This document shows positions 7,961-16,614 of a stretch of DNA of 64,000 nucleotides, piece by piece; positions within the stretch are counted from its first letter, which is position 1; each line of letters begins with the position of its first letter. Under the pieces are notes generated by a model that was not told where the DNA came from, searched no databases, and worked only from the letters and a program-made list of their open reading frames with translations. The translations under genes were made by a program, and so were the position numbers. This stretch comes from a virus: positions 37,812 to 101,811 of the IMG/VR virus record IMGVR_UViG_3300032401_001693. One strand, given 5' to 3'.

Positions 7961-10900
7961 ATGCCTAGAATAAGAATTCCTAAAACAGCTATAACTGAAC
8001 CTATAACCACAATTTATGCTGATCAAGTCACTCAAGCCGTCAGACAAAGACAGATGAGTAAGATCGATAGGGAATCTCTGCGCTTGATCACGCGTATCGA
8101 CGATGACATGAGAGATAGGTTAGGAGCTTTACTTCGGGAAGGTGTAGAGCAAGGTAGATCAGTTTCAGCCACTGCAAGTACCCTCTTGAAAACAGGTCTG
8201 GACAAAGGCACGTTTAGATCAGCCAGGCGCAGAGCTTGGATGATAGCAAAGACTGAGCTACACCGCGCACGAATGCTTGCTGCCCGAGATGTTTATGAAG
8301 CTAATGGTATTGATTTAGTTAAATGGATTGGAATAGGAGATGAGCGTATCTGTCCGGTGTGCGGTAGGATGCATAATAGAGTTTTTCGTTTAAGAGATAT
8401 AAGAGATGAGCATCTACCACCAGTTCACCCTAGGTGTAGATGCAGGGTCGTCCCAAGTGACATGCAAATGGATATAACAGTAAGACATGATAGAGAGGGA
8501 AAAGTGGTAGAGTCGAAAGTGGCACCAAACCCGCATGATTATCTTTATGTAGTGAAGCTTAAGAAGGCTTTAGAAGACCTAATGAAAGCAGTTCAAGTTC
8601 GTGGGGAAGATTTAGTACAAGGAACTCCCTTATTCAAAGCTGATGATAATGAAATAGATTTAGAGAAGAGCGAATTTTCATCTACTCAGGTTAATCTACC
8701 TAAGGTGTTAGCTTCTAAGGTTTTGAATACTGTTAAACTTATAGATCCAGATGACCTACATCCTACAGAGAAACAAGATGACGCTCCACATATTACTGTT
8801 AGATATGGCATACTTCCAGAGGTTCCACCTAAGCATGTAAAAGAAATACTTGATCATCCAGGAAAGGTAAAAGCCAGTATTACTGGTGTAGATGTTTTCC
8901 AACCCGAAGACAAAGACTATGATGTTTTGGTTTTTAGGATTGATAGTCCAGATCTTAATTTGCTTAATGAAAAGCTAAAGCAACTGCCACATGAAGATAC
9001 TTATCCATTTTATCAACCTCATTCTACTATTGCTTATCTGAAGAGAGGACTTGGAAAAAAATATGTAAACTTAGTAACTGGTCTTGAGGGGGAAGAAATT
9101 GAGTTTGACACAATCAAGTTTTCTGATAAGGATTATAAAAAGGTTAGTATTGACTTAGAAAAGGCTTTTGGAGGGCTAGAGACGGAATTAGAAAAAGCCA
9201 GGCCCTACATCCGAACTAAAAAGGGAAAGTTAGAGCATGTAAAGGGCTATCCACATAGGCCACGACTATTTGATGTAAGTCCTGAGAAGAGAATAGAAAG
9301 GGCTTTGGAGCCTACCCGAGAAGATGTAAAAATGGTTAATAGGATCTCACATGAGATACACGCAATAGGTGGTAGAGCTCTAATAGTGGGTGGGTTTGTT
9401 AGGGATGCTTTACTAGGCAGACCAAGTAAAGATATAGATGTTGAGGTCTATGGTGTTAAACCAACCGAACTTAGGAGTGTTTTAGATAGGATAGGTAAGG
9501 TAGATGCAGTAGGTGCTTCGTTTGGCGTTCTAAAAGTATCTGCTCCAGAGATGGATGAGCCACTGGATGTTTCTATTCCTAGAAGAGATTCTAAAGTGGG
9601 TACTGGCCACAAGGGTTTTATTGTGGAAGCAGATCCTGGAATGACTCCTAAAGAAGCTGCCCTTAGAAGGGACCTTACTATTAACTCCCTTGCCTATGAT
9701 CCTATTACTAAAGAAATAATAGATGAGTATGGTGGACTTCAGGACATAAAAGATCGCAAATTAAGTGCTACCGATGATACTACTTTTGTGGAAGACCCAC
9801 TTAGAGTACTTAGAGTGATGAGATTCTCTGCCCAGTTAGGGTTTAGTCCTACGGTAAAGTTGGCTTGGCTTTGTAGGAGTGTGGATTTGACTAGCTTGCC
9901 TAAAGAGAGAATCTATGGAGAACTAGAAAAGACTCTAATGTCTAAGAATCCTAGTATTGGGTTAATGCTTACCAAGATATTAGGTATAAATAAGATATTG
10001 CCAGAATTAGAGGATCTTAGAACCACAGAACAAAGTCAAGAATTTCATCCGGAAGGGGATGCGTTTCAGCATACTCTACAAGTGATCGACTCTGCATCCA
10101 AACTAAAAAAGGGTTTCTCAGATAGATCAGATCGTATTGTCTTAATGTTTAGCGCACTTTGTCACGATATGGGTAAACCTCAGACCACAGAGACTACTGC
10201 TGAGGGTAAGATTATTAGTCATGGGCATGATGCTGTAGGGGCTGAGGTAGCTAGAAAGTTTATGGAAAGGTTGACTAATGAGAATGATTTGATTGATCGA
10301 GTAGAGATTCTAGTGCGTTCACATATGGCGCCTACCAATCTATACCAAGCTAAAGCAGGAGATTCAGCTATTCGTAGATTGGCTAAAAAAGTTGATATAC
10401 CTATGCTTGTCGCACTATCAGCTGCAGATAAGAGGGGACGTGATATAAAGGTTGATCTAAAGGCTGAGAGTTGGTTAATGAAGAAATATAGGACCCTACT
10501 GTTAAATAGACCTGAGACTTTAGAGGCAAAAGTAAGGGGTAGGGATTTGATACCTTTAGGAATCCAACCAGGTCCTGATATGGGCAGATTACTGAATAAG
10601 ATTTATTCAGCTCAGTTGGATGGTAAGTTTGAAACTATGGAACAGGGATTGGACTATGCTCGTCAACAGGGATGGCTGGTGAAGGGGTTATTTGGATATG
10701 ACATAAATAAAGCAGTTCCGGTGAAAGGGTTTACCAGAACTAGAAAAGGTAAGAGGGAGATGGTTAAACCACATACTAGGACTGCTAAACAAAAGATGAC
10801 TGCTCTTGAGGCTTTTGTAGGTGGGGCAGTTCCAAAGAAGGGTTGGCAGAAAGAGGAGGCTGATAAATTCCTAGAAGAAGTTAATCCTATTTTTAAGAAA

Positions 10901-12685
10901 CATCATTTTAAAGTAGAGATGATAGGTTCAGTGGCAAGAGGTAAAGTTTACGAAAAGGGGCACTATGATCTAGATTTGAGGATTACTCATACTAGAGGAG
11001 ATGAGACTGCCGAAAGAGAGGATTTAGATTATGAGTACACTGATCCTAAACAGCAGGGGGATCTAGGAAGGTTGTTGTTGAACTTGCAGAAGAAGGGGTT
11101 ACATTTTGAAATAAATGAACCGTCTGGAGAGGAGAAAGATCCTACAGCTACTCTTAGTCTAAAAGATGGTAGGGTGGTGGATCTGTATTATGAGGAACAC
11201 GAGGGAAAGGAAGGAATGGAGGAAAAGACTCCTCTCTTGCATCTAACCTATGATAAGTTGGCAGCAGGTGGTAGGGTTAAGCATGTTCCTAAACCAGATC
11301 CAGAGCAGGAAGAGGCTATTAGGAGATGGTTGTCTAAGTCATTACTAGAATATATTGGTAAGCCAAATACTGAGGAAACACGGAAAGAGATCCAGGATCT
11401 GGTTTTAAAAGCCATCCAAGTTAAGGGTCATCTTAGAACCAGACGTGGGAAGCAAGGATGGGTTAAACCACACCATAGGCAGGCAGGAGAAATAAGCCGA
11501 AAGATTCCAGAAGTTAGTGTGTCAGGTTTTGATGATAGTGATGTTGTACCAGAAATACCCGGTTTTGACGAAGGATCATTTGAGCCTAGATTGAACTGGT
11601 TTGCAGAGAAAAATTATCTTGGATGGAAAAAATTTAAAGTAGATGAAGCTATAAGGGGGGATTTTCCTGAGAAGTACCGAAATGAGAAGTTTGTATACCT
11701 TTTGAAAGATCTTAGAACTGGTGAGGATTTTACGGGTGGAACTCAGGCAGAATTGGAAACTTTCCTAGACGAACTTGAGAAGGCTGATAAGAAATCAAAA
11801 GAATATGTTTCTAAATGGGACTTAAAGTCTATAAATATTTTGCCTAGAAATGAGGATGCTGAAGTTTTATCTAAAAGGGTTTCTTGGGATTTTGAAAATG
11901 CTATATACGCCCTTATGGAAATTGATAGAAAAATAGGTATAGCAGGTCGTGGTATATTAAATATTAGGTTTGGTAAGACGGACGATGGTGATGAATCCAG
12001 AGGCATATACGTAGTAAAAGAAAAATTAATAGAAATAGATGATAGATATCCAAGGACAGTACCTCATGAGTTTGGACATTTTTTATTTGATATGAATATT
12101 GGTATAGAGGAAAACAGGTCCTATTTTAAAGAGTTAAGTGATGCCTTAGGAGATTATTATCTTAGTAACAAAAAGGAAGTTGCCACATGGATTATAGAAC
12201 ATCCATACGATGGTTTAGATTACTTTTTAATGCCTACTGAACAGTTTGCTCGTGTGGTTGATACGTATGTGAGGGGTGAAGTTGATGAAGTTTTCTATCC
12301 TGATAATCATCCCGAATATTTTAAGATAGTTAATGATTGGGGTGATAAATATCTAAAGACTGGAGTTATAAAAAGTAAATCTATTTTTCTGTTAGACCTT
12401 AAAAAATCCAGGAAAGAGTTAGTAAATTTAAGAAAATCTAGAGTCGAGGGTAAGAAAATTCCATATAGGAACGATAATGGAAAAGTTGTCTGGGCTAAAG
12501 TAATGGATGGTGGGGTGGTAATAAAAGGAACGAGGGATAAAGTATTTCTCGGAACTAAAATATTGATAAAATCAGATATTGCCAACGTGACGGGGGTAGG
12601 ACGAGATGGTGTGATTGCTAGAACTGACAATGGCAAGAAATACCAGGTTCTACACAAAGATTTGAATTTTTGGGTTAGGAGGTGA
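7961..12685 (+). CDS. MuF (minor head protein) polyprotein: MuF + 2H phosphoesterase (Acb1/gp57B-like) + class II CCA-adding enzyme with HD domain + nucleotidyltransferase + HExxH metallopeptidase-like domain
   Basis: MuF: IAKTELHRA...W...DERICPVC...PPVHPRCRC. 2H: PHITVRYG / YQPHSTIAY. CCA: VGGFVRD..DIDVEV, RRDLTINSL, EDPLRVLR, HPEGD..HT, CHDMGK. NTase: IGSVARG..YDLDL. Zincin: VPHEFGHFL. Confidence 0.85.
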   Translation: MPRIRIPKTAITEPITTIYADQVTQAVRQRQMSKIDRESLRLITRIDDDMRDRLGALLREGVEQGRSVSATASTLLKTGLDKGTFRSARRRAWMIAKTELHRARMLAARDVYEANGIDLVKWIGIGDERICPVCGRMHNRVFRLRDIRDEHLPPVHPRCRCRVVPSDMQMDITVRHDREGKVVESKVAPNPHDYLYVVKLKKALEDLMKAVQVRGEDLVQGTPLFKADDNEIDLEKSEFSSTQVNLPKVLASKVLNTVKLIDPDDLHPTEKQDDAPHITVRYGILPEVPPKHVKEILDHPGKVKASITGVDVFQPEDKDYDVLVFRIDSPDLNLLNEKLKQLPHEDTYPFYQPHSTIAYLKRGLGKKYVNLVTGLEGEEIEFDTIKFSDKDYKKVSIDLEKAFGGLETELEKARPYIRTKKGKLEHVKGYPHRPRLFDVSPEKRIERALEPTREDVKMVNRISHEIHAIGGRALIVGGFVRDALLGRPSKDIDVEVYGVKPTELRSVLDRIGKVDAVGASFGVLKVSAPEMDEPLDVSIPRRDSKVGTGHKGFIVEADPGMTPKEAALRRDLTINSLAYDPITKEIIDEYGGLQDIKDRKLSATDDTTFVEDPLRVLRVMRFSAQLGFSPTVKLAWLCRSVDLTSLPKERIYGELEKTLMSKNPSIGLMLTKILGINKILPELEDLRTTEQSQEFHPEGDAFQHTLQVIDSASKLKKGFSDRSDRIVLMFSALCHDMGKPQTTETTAEGKIISHGHDAVGAEVARKFMERLTNENDLIDRVEILVRSHMAPTNLYQAKAGDSAIRRLAKKVDIPMLVALSAADKRGRDIKVDLKAESWLMKKYRTLLLNRPETLEAKVRGRDLIPLGIQPGPDMGRLLNKIYSAQLDGKFETMEQGLDYARQQGWLVKGLFGYDINKAVPVKGFTRTRKGKREMVKPHTRTAKQKMTALEAFVGGAVPKKGWQKEEADKFLEEVNPIFKKHHFKVEMIGSVARGKVYEKGHYDLDLRITHTRGDETAEREDLDYEYTDPKQQGDLGRLLLNLQKKGLHFEINEPSGEEKDPTATLSLKDGRVVDLYYEEHEGKEGMEEKTPLLHLTYDKLAAGGRVKHVPKPDPEQEEAIRRWLSKSLLEYIGKPNTEETRKEIQDLVLKAIQVKGHLRTRRGKQGWVKPHHRQAGEISRKIPEVSVSGFDDSDVVPEIPGFDEGSFEPRLNWFAEKNYLGWKKFKVDEAIRGDFPEKYRNEKFVYLLKDLRTGEDFTGGTQAELETFLDELEKADKKSKEYVSKWDLKSINILPRNEDAEVLSKRVSWDFENAIYALMEIDRKIGIAGRGILNIRFGKTDDGDESRGIYVVKEKLIEIDDRYPRTVPHEFGHFLFDMNIGIEENRSYFKELSDALGDYYLSNKKEVATWIIEHPYDGLDYFLMPTEQFARVVDTYVRGEVDEVFYPDNHPEYFKIVNDWGDKYLKTGVIKSKSIFLLDLKKSRKELVNLRKSRVEGKKIPYRNDNGKVVWAKVMDGGVVIKGTRDKVFLGTKILIKSDIANVTGVGRDGVIARTDNGKKYQVLHKDLNFWVRR

Positions 12686-12690
12686 GATAG

Positions 12691-12936
12691 ATTTTCTATT
12701 GTAACTCCTGCGGAAATGAAGTAATTAAATCGTATCCAAGTGGTTCTGTCAAGTTAAGGACCAACATTGTTATCTTCGAAAATGGACGAGCTTTTTGTAA
12801 ATGTCCCGAATGCCATTCTGAAGTTAATCTGCCACTAGTATTGGAACTTCCTACTGGTAAAACTTTACCACTGGGCAAGAAATTGCAATATTTTATTTTG
12901 GAAAAAAGTGAGAAGGGGGTGAAAGGTGAAAAATGA
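12691..12936 (+). CDS. Zn-ribbon protein with ATT start codon (81 aa, not in ORF track)
   Basis: AGGAGGTG (12677-12684) lies 6 nt before ATT, which directly follows an in-frame TAG. The protein reads IFYCNSCG...KLRTNIVIF...CKCPEC...YFILEK^S and fills the 240-nt gap exactly. Confidence 0.65.
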   Translation: MFYCNSCGNEVIKSYPSGSVKLRTNIVIFENGRAFCKCPECHSEVNLPLVLELPTGKTLPLGKKLQYFILEKSEKGVKGEK

Positions 12937-13360
12937 AAAAGTGAGTAGACCAGTTTGTATTGAGTGTGGAAGTAAGTGGGTAATAAGTTCAGGTATAAGT
13001 TGGCACTGCGGTGATTGTGGGCGTGTGTTTAAGAAGCACCTTCGTGGGAGACCAAGGTTAAAAGTTGTTAGACCTAACTGTCCTAAGTGTGGTGCTGAGG
13101 GTGAGAAGTATACTATATCATGTGGACAGCAATGGAAGTGTAGTAAGTGTAGTAGGAGTTGGCTAAAATTTCTAATAGGTACTAATAGAACAGTAGAGGG
13201 TGATAGGCCGAATTGTCCAACTTGTGGTAAATCGGATCCAATGTCTAAAGCTGACAGGTGGAAGTGTACGGGTTGTAGCTTAACTTGGCAGAAGAACTAT
13301 AGAACTTCTAAGGTTTATTCACCTTTGGATTTACATAGTGCTAAAGTTGTAGATGTATAA
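12926..13360 (+). CDS. triple zinc-ribbon protein
   Basis: Three RPxCxxCG...WxCxxC repeats. Confidence 0.7.
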   Translation: MKNEKVSRPVCIECGSKWVISSGISWHCGDCGRVFKKHLRGRPRLKVVRPNCPKCGAEGEKYTISCGQQWKCSKCSRSWLKFLIGTNRTVEGDRPNCPTCGKSDPMSKADRWKCTGCSLTWQKNYRTSKVYSPLDLHSAKVVDV

Positions 13361-13378
13361 TTGAAAAAAGGAGGCTAT

Positions 13379-14224
13379 ATGAGGTTAAAATTGAAAGAGT
13401 TAAGAAAGTTTTTTGTACGAAGGATTGCAGCTATATCTGATTTGCACCTAATGTCTAGATCTTCACTTTTTCCGCCTATTTTTAAAACCACAGAAGGTAA
13501 CGAGTTTCGTGGAAATACTGGTCAGAGTCAGATATGGAGTTACTGGAAGCAGTTTTGTCATATATGCGATGAATGGGAGGTAGATACTGTGTTTTTAGCA
13601 TCAGATCTACTACATGGGCAGAATCCAATAGAAAGGGGTACGGGTTTAATAAGTACCAACCTAAATGAACAGATACAGTTAGGAGAGGACACTTTGACTC
13701 TTTTACTAAAAGGAAGGGAGAGTCATTGGGTAGGAGGTTCCAGATATCATGACAGTACTAAAGGGATGTACGTTGAACACGAGCTTTGTAACCGTATGAC
13801 AGAAGCTGGTATAACTAAAGGCACCTGGCATGGACCAATAGCCAATATGAGAGTGAAGCCTTTTGATAAGATAGTAAATATGACGCATGGTGGTGGTAGG
13901 GCGGCATATTACAGAGAAACTATAGCTGCTAGGGAGATGGTTTATGGAAAGGCAGCAGAGGTTGATGGTAAGTTGCCTAGGATCGACTGCTATATTCATG
14001 GCCATTTTCACTGGTATAACCACATTCATCAGGGTCGGGTTCATCATATTCAGCTACCTGGTTGGACGGCTTATGAACCTGTTCCCATTTTTACTCCTAA
14101 CTATACTAGGATGCAACCAGATATAGGTGGAGTTCTTATACTTTTCGACGCAGAAGGTAGGATCACTGTTTGGCATTTTCTTTACCCGCTTCCTCATATT
14201 TCTGATATAGTAGTAGAAGTTTAG
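13379..14224 (+). CDS. calcineurin-like metallophosphoesterase
   Basis: ISDLH, SDLLHG, GSRYHD, THG, HGHFH; ATG 13379 follows AGGAGG. Confidence 0.75.
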   Translation: MRLKLKELRKFFVRRIAAISDLHLMSRSSLFPPIFKTTEGNEFRGNTGQSQIWSYWKQFCHICDEWEVDTVFLASDLLHGQNPIERGTGLISTNLNEQIQLGEDTLTLLLKGRESHWVGGSRYHDSTKGMYVEHELCNRMTEAGITKGTWHGPIANMRVKPFDKIVNMTHGGGRAAYYRETIAAREMVYGKAAEVDGKLPRIDCYIHGHFHWYNHIHQGRVHHIQLPGWTAYEPVPIFTPNYTRMQPDIGGVLILFDAEGRITVWHFLYPLPHISDIVVEV

Positions 14225-14236
14225 GGTTTGGTAGGT

Positions 14237-14254
14237 TTTTATATAAATCATAAT
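14237..14254 (+). promoter_or_regulatory. putative late promoter motif TTTTATATAAATCATAAT
   Basis: Intergenic, recurs four times before structural or glycan modules; core TATAAATC is one base from the T4 late promoter TATAAATA. Confidence 0.6.
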
Positions 14255-14265
14255 GATAGGGAGTT

Positions 14266-14565
14266 ATGAGTTTTTTAGCGGTGGTTTTGGATAAAGTACG
14301 TCAAGCTGATCTGGAACAGTTTAGGGAAAAGGTTCAGTCTATGGAGAAAACTAGAGGTCTGGACCTTGAAGAGTCCGGTCTTGAGAATCTAGATATGGTT
14401 GTTAAACGAAGAGGAGATCAGTTTGAGACATTTATTGTTGATGGGCAGGAAGAATACGTTAAGAAGATGCTAGGAGAACAAAAATCAAAAACTGAAGAAA
14501 CAGTTAAGTTAGACGATAACAATTCAGACTCGATGGTTAATTTCTTAGAAAAGATAAGGGGCTAA
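14266..14565 (+). CDS. hypothetical protein preceding the prohead protease
   Basis: GGGAG RBS, 99 aa. Confidence 0.6.
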   Translation: MSFLAVVLDKVRQADLEQFREKVQSMEKTRGLDLEESGLENLDMVVKRRGDQFETFIVDGQEEYVKKMLGEQKSKTEETVKLDDNNSDSMVNFLEKIRG

Positions 14566-14568
14566 ACT

Positions 14569-15831
14569 ATGGGATGCAATTCGGTTGAAAAAGATTTTCA
14601 GTTTTGGATGCCGTTGGAGATCGAAAAGGCCAAAAAAGAGGGAGAGTGGCGAGTTGCTGGAATAGCTTCCGATGAAAATGCCCAGGATATCCAGGGAGAA
14701 ACAGTGTTTGTTAAGGGTCTGGATGTATCCTACTTAATGGAAAGAGGCGCGCTAAACTGGGATCATGGGAAGGATCCTGGAGATATTCTGGGTGAGATTG
14801 AGTTAGCTTCTAAGATAGATGGTGAGAAAAAGCTATATGTGGAGGGGGTTCTTTATCCGCATATCAAAAAAGCTCAGGATGTTTGGAATCTGATGCAATC
14901 TCTAAAGGATACAGAAAGCAAAAGAAAGTTAGGTTTGTCTTTAGAGGGCAAAATTAAGGAAAGAGACTCAGAAACAGGAAAACAGATACGCAAGGCCTGG
15001 ATAAAGAATGTTGCAATCACATACAATCCTATCAATAAAGGTACATATTTGGATATGGTTAAATCATTGGGGAAGTTTAGTTTTGATCTTTGTGATAAGA
15101 AGTGCGAAGGATGTACACTATGCGAAGAGGTGGAAAAGGCTTCTGAGGGAAGTGTGACTATAGATCCAGTCGTAGACCACAAAGAAACAGAAGTGAAGAA
15201 GGCAGAGGTTAAGGTAGCTGAGGAAACTAAACCCATAGAAGTGCCACTTCCCTCAGAGTCAGTTCAGAAAACACTAGAAGCAGGGCAGGATATTCCAGCT
15301 ACTACTGGTGGAGTAAGTGGTTCCGCACTAAGGGCAGAGTCTTTAGAACAGGAGACTAAGGTGACTACATATCAAAAGAAAAAGAAGAAACAGAAGACGG
15401 ATGGAGAATTTACAAAATCTGAACTGGCTGAGTGGTTACAGGAGGAAAGAAACTACTCACCTAAAACTGCTAATTTGATGGCCAATCTCTTGTTTCTAGT
15501 TAAAGCTATTAATATAGCTGGATACATTAGAACTAGGAAGGGGAAGTTAGAAAGAGTTAAGCCCTTTACTAGGGAACTTACACATGAAATATACCGCATT
15601 AAAACAATGTCGGATAGCAATCTTATGACAAGGGCGCGGAAAATAAAACATGCCGACAAAATGCTTCACTTCTATCACGCGGCAGTTGCTGCTGGTAAGC
15701 CTGAGTTGGTTGGTTATATTAGATCTCAGGGCCATAGATTAGGATTAACAAATAGCGATTTTACTGGTGCAGCCGAACCTGTAGGGGCAGGGCTGAAAGA
15801 GGCATCTAGGGCCTTCCGAGCAGCGGCATAG
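14569..15831 (+). CDS. prohead (capsid maturation) protease with C-terminal extensions
   Basis: VAGIAS..DIQGE...GALNWDH...LYVEGVL...RKLGLSLEG...VAITYNPIN resembles Herelleviridae prohead proteases; lies upstream of scaffold and capsid genes. Confidence 0.85.
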   Translation: MGCNSVEKDFQFWMPLEIEKAKKEGEWRVAGIASDENAQDIQGETVFVKGLDVSYLMERGALNWDHGKDPGDILGEIELASKIDGEKKLYVEGVLYPHIKKAQDVWNLMQSLKDTESKRKLGLSLEGKIKERDSETGKQIRKAWIKNVAITYNPINKGTYLDMVKSLGKFSFDLCDKKCEGCTLCEEVEKASEGSVTIDPVVDHKETEVKKAEVKVAEETKPIEVPLPSESVQKTLEAGQDIPATTGGVSGSALRAESLEQETKVTTYQKKKKKQKTDGEFTKSELAEWLQEERNYSPKTANLMANLLFLVKAINIAGYIRTRKGKLERVKPFTRELTHEIYRIKTMSDSNLMTRARKIKHADKMLHFYHAAVAAGKPELVGYIRSQGHRLGLTNSDFTGAAEPVGAGLKEASRAFRAAA

Positions 15832-15836
15832 TTTAG

Positions 15837-16067
15837 TGTGTTAGAGGCAAATTTAGGCCTACCGAGTTAACAATCACTAAGGACCAAGCAACTAATCTCT
15901 TACATGATAAATTAGGCTATTCCAGACGAATGGCTGCTAAGTTAGCCACTGTTGCACTCTTGTCTAAAGGCAATAGGACTTTCGAAGTTGCTATTGCCAC
16001 AGCTTTAAGATTAGCTCTTGAGAAATCTCGAAAAGATGGATCTAAGAAAAGAAAGAAAAATAATTAG
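15837..16067 (+). CDS. open frame lacking a canonical start, encoding a copy of the TKxxxxxxLxxxxGYS helical repeat
   Basis: ITKDQATNLLHDKLGYSRRMAAKLATVALLSKG...ALEK^S is similar to segments of the protease and of 16142..16576. Confidence 0.4.
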   Translation, partial: CVRGKFRPTELTITKDQATNLLHDKLGYSRRMAAKLATVALLSKGNRTFEVAIATALRLALEKSRKDGSKKRKKNN

Positions 16068-16152
16068 AAGTTACCATAAAGTTAGTAATGGTAAAAGGAT
16101 TAAAGTTAACTCGTTTATTAGAAACGAAGTTGAAAAAGAATATGCTAAGTAA
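16036..16152 (+). CDS. 38-aa basic peptide consisting mainly of a variant of the cargo tag
   Basis: MDLRKERKIIRSYHKVSNGKRIKVNSFIRNEVEKEYAK. Confidence 0.45.
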   Translation: MDLRKERKIIRSYHKVSNGKRIKVNSFIRNEVEKEYAK

Positions 16153-16576
16153 CGTCACAACTTTAGATGAAGAGTTTGAGAAGGCTAAGAAATCAAAAGG
16201 ACAGGATAAAGTCCATACTGTTATGAGTGAGTTCAAACATGGTCATCTCCACTCTGGGAGAGGTAAGAAAGGTAAAAAAGGTAAAATAGTAACTGATAGA
16301 CAGCAAGCAATAGCTATTGCTCTTTCGGAAGCAGGACTTTCTAAAGGAGATAAAATGAGAACTTTTACTAAATCACAGGTAGTAGAATTTCTAAGGAATG
16401 AATGTGGATACGGTCAAGAATCTTCTGAAAAGATGGCTGATCTGGTGTTCAAAGCTAGGATTAAGGGAGCTAAAGATAAGAATAAACGTAAGAAAAAACT
16501 ATTTAAGATTGGTAAAACAGATGGGCAAACTAGATATGGTCCTGCTCCTGTAAAAAAGTGGTTTGGTCAGAAATAA
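16142..16576 (+). CDS. basic protein with DUF6496-like segment and GAKDKxKRKK motif; candidate internal head protein
   Basis: KVHTVMSEFKHGHLHSG...IVTDRQQAIAIALSEAG; several K^[A/S] sites; start reassigned to ATG 16142. Confidence 0.6.
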   Translation: MLSNVTTLDEEFEKAKKSKGQDKVHTVMSEFKHGHLHSGRGKKGKKGKIVTDRQQAIAIALSEAGLSKGDKMRTFTKSQVVEFLRNECGYGQESSEKMADLVFKARIKGAKDKNKRKKKLFKIGKTDGQTRYGPAPVKKWFGQK

Positions 16577-16598
16577 ATAACTAACTAATACTAGTTGA

Positions 16599-16614
16599 TT
16601 ATATAAATCATAGT
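16599..16614 (+). promoter_or_regulatory. putative late promoter motif TTATATAAATCATAGT
   Basis: Second copy, directly upstream of the scaffold and capsid genes. Confidence 0.65.
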
